Below are positions 41,484-46,418 of a stretch of 46,418 nt of DNA, in pieces. A model generated the notes under the pieces. That model had not been told where the DNA came from, searched no databases, and worked only from the letters and a program-made list of their open reading frames with translations. Both the position numbers and the translations under genes were made by a program. This DNA comes from Myxococcales bacterium (lineage in GTDB: Bacteria > Myxococcota_A > Polyangia > DRWM01 > JAAZOP01): NCBI GenBank assembly GCA_012797735.1, contig JAAZOP010000066.1:1-46418 (forward strand), written 5' to 3'. Position 1 is the first letter of the stretch. Each line of letters begins with the position of its first letter.

Positions 41484-44411
41484 ATGAGCCAAGCCGTCGG
41501 CGCCCGGATCGTCCGCTCGGACGCGGTGGCCAAGGTCACCGGGGCCGCCAAGTTCCTCGACGACCTGGCGTTCCCCGGGATGCTGCACGGCGCCGTGCTG
41601 CGCTGTCCGTTTCCCCACGCCGGCATCCTCGGACTCGACCCCGATCCGGCCTTCGCCGTCGCCGGTGTCGTCGCCGTCGCCACGTACCGGGACATCCCCG
41701 GCCGCAACGTCGTCCACATCGTGCTGGACGACCAGCCGCTGCTGGCCGAGAAGGTCGCGCGGTATGCCGGCGAGCCGGTGGCGCTGGTGGCCGCCGAGAC
41801 GCGCGCCGCCGCCCGCGCCGGCGCCGCCGCGATTCTCGTCCGCTGGGAAGAGCGCGCCGCGCTCCTCGACCTGCGCGCGTCCCGCCACAGCCCGATCCGC
41901 ATCTTCGGCGACGACAACGTCTTCGCCCACCACGGCATCCGCCGGGGCGACGTCGAGGCGGGCCTGGCCGAGGCCGACGTGGTCGTCGAGGGCGAGTACC
42001 GCACCGGATACCAGGAGCATGCCTATCTCGAACCCCAGGCGATGCTCGCTGTCCCCGAACCCGACGGTTCGATGACCGTCTACGGCTCGATGCAGTGCCC
42101 GTTCTACGTCCAGGACGCGTTGTCCACGCTGCTGGCCCTGCCGAAGAGTCGCGTCCGCGTCGTCCAGACCACCACCGGCGGCGGCTTCGGCGGCAAGGAA
42201 GACGTCCCGTCGCTCGTCGCGGGTCAGGCCGCGATCCTCGCCCGCAAGACCGGCCGGCCGGTCAAGCTGGTCTACGGCCGCGACGAGGACTTGGCCGTCA
42301 CCAGCAAGCGTCACCCGACCTGGATCCGCTGCCGCACCGGCGCGAAGAAGGACGGAACGCTCGTCGCCGCCGACGTCGAGATGCTCTACGACGCCGGCGC
42401 CTACGCGACGCTCAGCCCCGTCGTGCTCTGGCGCGGCGTCGTCCACGCCGTCGGCCCCTACCGCTGCCCGAACGTGCGGGTCGATGGTCGGGCGGTGGCC
42501 ACGCACCGGGTCCCGTGCGGCGCCTTCCGCGGCTTCGGCTCGCCCCAGTCGCTGTTCGCCGCCGAGTCGCAGATCGATCGGCTGGCCGCCGCGCTGCGCC
42601 TCGACCCCGCCGAGATCCGGCGCCGCAACCTGCTCCGCCCCGGCGACGCCACCGTCACCGGCCAGGTGCTCCGCGACTCGGTCGGGGCGCACGAGGTGCT
42701 CGATCGCGCCCTGGCGGCGGCCGAATGGGGTGTTCCGCCGAGCCTTCCGCCGGACCCGGACGACGAGAGCACGACGCTGCCGGGCACGCAGCGCGGGCCC
42801 GTCGCCGGGAACCGGCGCGCCGGTCGCGGCCTCGCCGTCGTCTACTACGGCTCCGGGCTCGGCGCCGGCGGCAAGCGCCTGGACCGCGGCGACGCCTTCG
42901 TGCAGCTCCACGAGGACGCCTCGGTTTCCGTCGCCGTCGGCACCACCGAGATGGGCCAGGGGATGCTCACCGTTCTGGCCCAGATCGCCGCCGAGGACCT
43001 CGGCGTCCTGCCGCGCGACGTGCGCCTGCTGCCCACCGACACGAGCCGGGTTCCCGACAGCGGCCCGACGGTCGCCTCGCGCGCCACGACCGTTTCCGGC
43101 AACGCCATCCGCCACGCCTGCCGGCCTCTGCGCGAGATGCTCCGCCGCGTCGCCGCCGAGAAGCTCGGCGTGCCGCCGGAGGACGTCCGGCTGGCCGGCG
43201 GCTTCGCCGCCACGGGAGAGCGCCGGGTGACGATCGGCGAGGTGGTGGCCGAGTGCGCCGCGCGCCGGCTGCCGCTGGCCCACATGGGCCACCACGTCGG
43301 CCCCGACAACACCTGGGACCCCGCCACCGGCCAGGGCGACGCCTACGAGGTCTACGCCTATGCCGCCGTGGTCGCCGACGTCGAGGTCGACACCGCGACC
43401 GGCCAGATCGATGTCCGCCGGATCGTGGCCGCCCACGACGTCGGTCGCGCGATCTCGCCGTCCGGCGTCGAGGCGCAGATCGAAGGCGGGACGTTGCAGG
43501 GCATGGGTTACGCCATCTGCGAGGAGGTTCTCGCCCCCCATGGCGTCGTCCTCAACCCGAACTTCGGCACCTACATCATCCCCACCGCCCTCGATGCCCC
43601 GCGCCTCGTGCCGATCGTCGTCGAGGTCCCTTATCCGGGCGGTCCCTTCGGCGCCAAGGGGTTCGCCGAACAACCGCTGATGGGCGTCGCGCCCGCCGTG
43701 ATCAACGCCGTCGCGAACGCCATCGGCGTCCGCCCGATGGAGATTCCGGCGACGCCGGAGCGCGTGCTGGCGCTGCTCGGAAACCAGGCCGCCGCGACGA
43801 GCGGCGGCGGCGCCGCCGCTCCCGGGGCCCAACCCGCACCTCCCGCGGCCTCGACGCCACCCCAGGGGATCGAGGACACGGCCTTGCCGGCCGGCACGCC
43901 CGTCACCTCCGGCTCGATCGTCCTGCCGCCCCACCCGGACGAGTCGGTCGAGCTCGTCCTCAAGGTCAACGGCGTCGAGCGGAGGGTCCGGGCGTCGCCC
44001 GGCGAGACGTTGTTGTTCGTGCTGCGCGAGCGCTTGCGCCTCACCGGGACGAAGGAGGGATGCGGCAAGGGGGAGTGCGGCGCGTGCACCGTGCTGATGG
44101 ACGGCCGGCCGGTCAACGCCTGCCTCGTGCTGGCCGGAGCCGCCGCGGGCAGCGAGATCACGACGATCGAAGGGCTGGCCCGCGACGGCCGGTTGCACCC
44201 GCTCCAGCAGGCGTTCGTCGAACACGGGGCGATCCAGTGCGGGTTCTGCACGCCGGGGCTCGTGTTGACCGCCAAGGCGCTGCTCGACGAGAACGCCGAC
44301 CCGGACGAGGCGTCGATCCGGCGCGCGATCGCCGGGAATCTGTGCCGCTGCACGGGCTACGTGCGGATCGTCGAGGCGATCCGGGCGGCGGCCCGGGCGC
44401 GCAAGGGCTAG
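41484..44411 (+). CDS. xanthine dehydrogenase/aldehyde oxidase-family molybdopterin subunit fused C-terminally to a [2Fe-2S] small-subunit domain
   Basis: ATG 41484 follows AAGGAGG. KVTGAAKFLDD, TGYQEHAYLEPQ, TTTGGGFGGKED, GAFRGFGSPQ, TEMGQGM, GPFGAKGFAEQP (Mo-hydroxylase large subunit). After an Ala/Pro/Gly linker: LTGTKEGCGKGECGACTV, IQCGFCTPG, NLCRCTGY (two [2Fe-2S] sites). Confidence 0.9.
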   Translation: MSQAVGARIVRSDAVAKVTGAAKFLDDLAFPGMLHGAVLRCPFPHAGILGLDPDPAFAVAGVVAVATYRDIPGRNVVHIVLDDQPLLAEKVARYAGEPVALVAAETRAAARAGAAAILVRWEERAALLDLRASRHSPIRIFGDDNVFAHHGIRRGDVEAGLAEADVVVEGEYRTGYQEHAYLEPQAMLAVPEPDGSMTVYGSMQCPFYVQDALSTLLALPKSRVRVVQTTTGGGFGGKEDVPSLVAGQAAILARKTGRPVKLVYGRDEDLAVTSKRHPTWIRCRTGAKKDGTLVAADVEMLYDAGAYATLSPVVLWRGVVHAVGPYRCPNVRVDGRAVATHRVPCGAFRGFGSPQSLFAAESQIDRLAAALRLDPAEIRRRNLLRPGDATVTGQVLRDSVGAHEVLDRALAAAEWGVPPSLPPDPDDESTTLPGTQRGPVAGNRRAGRGLAVVYYGSGLGAGGKRLDRGDAFVQLHEDASVSVAVGTTEMGQGMLTVLAQIAAEDLGVLPRDVRLLPTDTSRVPDSGPTVASRATTVSGNAIRHACRPLREMLRRVAAEKLGVPPEDVRLAGGFAATGERRVTIGEVVAECAARRLPLAHMGHHVGPDNTWDPATGQGDAYEVYAYAAVVADVEVDTATGQIDVRRIVAAHDVGRAISPSGVEAQIEGGTLQGMGYAICEEVLAPHGVVLNPNFGTYIIPTALDAPRLVPIVVEVPYPGGPFGAKGFAEQPLMGVAPAVINAVANAIGVRPMEIPATPERVLALLGNQAAATSGGGAAAPGAQPAPPAASTPPQGIEDTALPAGTPVTSGSIVLPPHPDESVELVLKVNGVERRVRASPGETLLFVLRERLRLTGTKEGCGKGECGACTVLMDGRPVNACLVLAGAAAGSEITTIEGLARDGRLHPLQQAFVEHGAIQCGFCTPGLVLTAKALLDENADPDEASIRRAIAGNLCRCTGYVRIVEAIRAAARARKG

Positions 44412-44438
44412 GCGCCCGACGCATCGAGGAGGCGACGC

Positions 44439-45278
44439 ATGGAGTTCCTCAGGCCCACCTCGGTCCAGGAAGCCGTCGAGGCGCTGGCCGTGCGCCAGGG
44501 GCGCTCGCGCGTCCTCGCCGGCGGCACCGACCTGGTCGTCCGGATGAAGGACGGCCTCGAGACGACCCGTTCGCTGATCAGCCTCGGCCGCTGCGTCGAA
44601 CTCCGCGGCGTGCGCGAGGAGTCGGACCAGATCGTGATCGGCGCGATGACGACCCACGAGGAACTGGCGCGGTCGATGTTCCTGCGGCGCGTCGCGCCGG
44701 TGTTGGCCGAGGCGGCGGCGGAGGTCGGTTCGGTGCAGATCCGCCAGCGCGGGACGATCGGCGGCAACGTCGTCAACGCCTCCCCCTCCGCCGACCTCGT
44801 GCCCCCGCTCCACGTCCTCGGCGCCACGGTCGTGCTCGTCTCCCGCGCCGGCGTGCGACCGCTGGGGATCGACGAGTTCGCGACCGGGCCGAAACAGACC
44901 CGCATCCGGCCCGAGGAGCTGCTGGTCGAGCTGCGCTTCGCGCGGCCGCGTGCGGACGAGCTGCAACGCTACCTCAAGCTGGGCCAGCGCCGCGCCCTGG
45001 CCTGCGCCAAGGTCTCGCTTGCCTTCCGCGCCCGCTCCACCGCGGGCGTCCTGCGCGACGTCCGGATCGCCTGCGGGGCGGTGGCGCCGACGGTGATCCG
45101 CGCCCGCGAGGCCGAGAGGGCGCTCGAAGGGACGTTGCCCACCGCCGACGCGATCGGCCGCGCCTGCGCCGCCCTGGCGCGGGACATCCGGCCGATCGAC
45201 GACGTGCGCTCGACCGCCGCCTGGCGCCTCGCCGCGTGCGCCGAACTGCTCCGGCGCGCCGTCCCCGGCCCCGTGTGA
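44439..45278 (+). CDS. FAD-binding (CoxM/XdhB-like medium) subunit of the molybdenum hydroxylase
   Basis: GAGGAGG RBS. RVLAGGTDLVVRMK, QIRQRGTIGGNVVNASPSADL, and the C-terminal CO-dehydrogenase-flavoprotein-like domain (DDVRSTAAWR). Confidence 0.9.
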   Translation: MEFLRPTSVQEAVEALAVRQGRSRVLAGGTDLVVRMKDGLETTRSLISLGRCVELRGVREESDQIVIGAMTTHEELARSMFLRRVAPVLAEAAAEVGSVQIRQRGTIGGNVVNASPSADLVPPLHVLGATVVLVSRAGVRPLGIDEFATGPKQTRIRPEELLVELRFARPRADELQRYLKLGQRRALACAKVSLAFRARSTAGVLRDVRIACGAVAPTVIRAREAERALEGTLPTADAIGRACAALARDIRPIDDVRSTAAWRLAACAELLRRAVPGPV

Positions 45279-46337
45279 CTACAGCGCCCGCAGGAACTCG
45301 GGCCGCAGCAGCCGCGGGTCGCGCAGCGCCGCGTCGATCTGCCGGAGCAGCCGCTCCCGGTCGTCCCGCAGTCGTCCCTTGAGCGCCAGCCAGTTGGAGG
45401 CGTGGTTCGACCGGAACTCGATGCCGTCGGCCTCGATCACCGAGAGCAGCCAGTGGATCTCCCGCAACGCCTCGACCGGCGTCAGCTCCCGCCACTCCGG
45501 ATCGCCCACCTGCTCGGCGAACGACGGCACCCGCTCCTCGAGCATCAGCGTCAGCGCGGCGGCGTACTCCGGCGCGATCGCGTCGAGCACCCGGCCGGTC
45601 GCCTCGGCGTGCCGCCGCGATCGTTCCGGGTCGGGGCCCGCCAGGCCCAGGATCACCGTCAGCGACTGCGCGAGCCCCGCCGCCTTCGCCCGGCCGCACG
45701 CCTCGACCATCTGCGCCGCGGTCGCCCCCTTGTCGATCCGCCGCAGCACCTCGTCGTCCCCCGACTCGATGCCGACGTAGATCATCGTCAGCCCCGCCTC
45801 GCGCAGGCGCCGCAACTCCTCCACGGTCTTGCCGAGCAGGTTCTGCGGCGAGGCGTAGGAGGTGACGCGCTGCAGGCGCGGGAAGCGCGCGTACAGCCGC
45901 TCGAGGATCCGCAGGAGCCGGTTCGTCGACAGCACCAGCGCGTCGCCGTCCGCCAGGAAGACACGCTCGACCCGCCCGCCGAGCGCCGCGCCGGCCGCGT
46001 CGATTTCCGCTAGCACCTCCGCCTCGGGCCGCGCCCGGAACGGCTTGGTCTGGTACGCCACGCAGAAAGCGCAACCGCCCTGCACGCGGTAGCCGGTCGG
46101 CGAGGCGGGGTCGCGCTTCGTCTTGAGGTTGGAACAGCCGAGCGTCACCTGGAAGATCAGCGACCAGGCCTCGCTCGGGGGCCGGTAGACGGGCTCGACG
46201 TAGCGGATCGGCAGGGCGCGCATCACGCCGGCCAGGATAGGGAAGTCGAGCGGGTCGGGCAAGTCGCGGTCGTCGTGCGGTGATGTACGGACGTTTGTGT
46301 CAGGGCAAGGGAAGGGGGTATCTCCTCTCATGACCAT
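45279..46337 (-). CDS. radical SAM protein (family not resolved) with an extended first-Cys spacing
   Basis: YVEPVYRPPSEAWSLIFQVTLGC...GGCAFC, VFLADGDAL, IYVGIESGDDEVL. The first ~38 codons have low third-position GC, so ATG 46223 (MRALPIRY...) may be the true start. The stop abuts the FAD-subunit stop with a 0-nt gap. Confidence 0.8.
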   Translation of the reverse strand: MVMRGDTPFPCPDTNVRTSPHDDRDLPDPLDFPILAGVMRALPIRYVEPVYRPPSEAWSLIFQVTLGCSNLKTKRDPASPTGYRVQGGCAFCVAYQTKPFRARPEAEVLAEIDAAGAALGGRVERVFLADGDALVLSTNRLLRILERLYARFPRLQRVTSYASPQNLLGKTVEELRRLREAGLTMIYVGIESGDDEVLRRIDKGATAAQMVEACGRAKAAGLAQSLTVILGLAGPDPERSRRHAEATGRVLDAIAPEYAAALTLMLEERVPSFAEQVGDPEWRELTPVEALREIHWLLSVIEADGIEFRSNHASNWLALKGRLRDDRERLLRQIDAALRDPRLLRPEFLRAL

Positions 46338-46363
46338 GAAAAACAGAAAGGAGAAACCCCCAG

Positions 46364-46418
46364 ATGAAGTGCGCGCTAGCGATCCAGACCCTACGTCGAG
46401 CGGACCGGGTGATCAAGG
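46364..46418 (+). CDS. 5' end of an unidentified gene running off the window
   Basis: AAAGGAGAAA sits 7 nt before the ATG at 46364. MKCALAIQTLRRADRVIK... is open to the window end. Only 18 codons are visible, so no family call is possible. Confidence 0.3.
   Translation, partial: MKCALAIQTLRRADRVIK

Noticed and set aside
41484-45278. Calling the Mo-enzyme an aerobic carbon monoxide dehydrogenase (CoxLMS).
   Set aside because: I could not find the form-I CODH active-site loop (AYxCSFR-type) in the large-subunit part. The GGGFGGK and surrounding motifs fit the general XDH/aldehyde-oxidase family, so the substrate is left open.

Overview
Very GC-rich (roughly 70-75% by eye), densely coding bacterial chromosomal window. 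I recognise no rRNA, tRNA, CRISPR array, transposase or integrase. About 36 protein genes are supportable. Most long Arg/Pro/Gly/Ala-rich ORFs in the six-frame track are antisense or off-frame shadows of these genes. Core and metabolic genes: type-2 IPP isomerase (partial at the left edge), crotonase, PAS/sigma-54 activator, ZIP metal transporter, amidohydrolase, aminotransferase plus a DUF6125-like protein, VKOR-DsbA fusion, glycyl-tRNA synthetase, 3-hydroxyacyl-CoA dehydrogenase, family III CoA-transferase, a tungstate/molybdate-type ABC permease and ATPase, a xanthine-dehydrogenase-family molybdoenzyme with an FAD subunit, and a radical SAM protein. Three accessory regions stand out. (1) 9.2-13.4 kb: a six-gene, translationally coupled operon of NifX-like proteins, an Mrp/NBP35-NifX fusion, two MinD-type ATPases with inserted 2x[4Fe-4S] ferredoxin domains and an FmdB zinc ribbon, with no nitrogenase genes; an AT-richer GTTCCAT repeat cluster and a -24/-12-like motif lie upstream. 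(2) 13.5-24.8 kb: two giant exported ORFs. In each, a module ending in a MYXO-CTERM-like sorting tag (GCGCAVP, hydrophobic helix, Arg cluster) continues in frame, without a stop codon, into a lipoprotein signal peptide and a second module. The first module of the second ORF looks to me like a two-barrel BPI/LBP/CETP-type lipid-binding protein. (3) 33.8-41.4 kb: a run of Cys-rich lipoproteins plus VWA, IgGFc-binding-like and FG-GAP propeller proteins. The MYXO-CTERM-like tags and AgmX/PglI tail domains suggest Myxococcota, possibly an anaerobic Anaeromyxobacter-like lineage; that is inference only. All family calls come from motif recognition by eye, not database searches.
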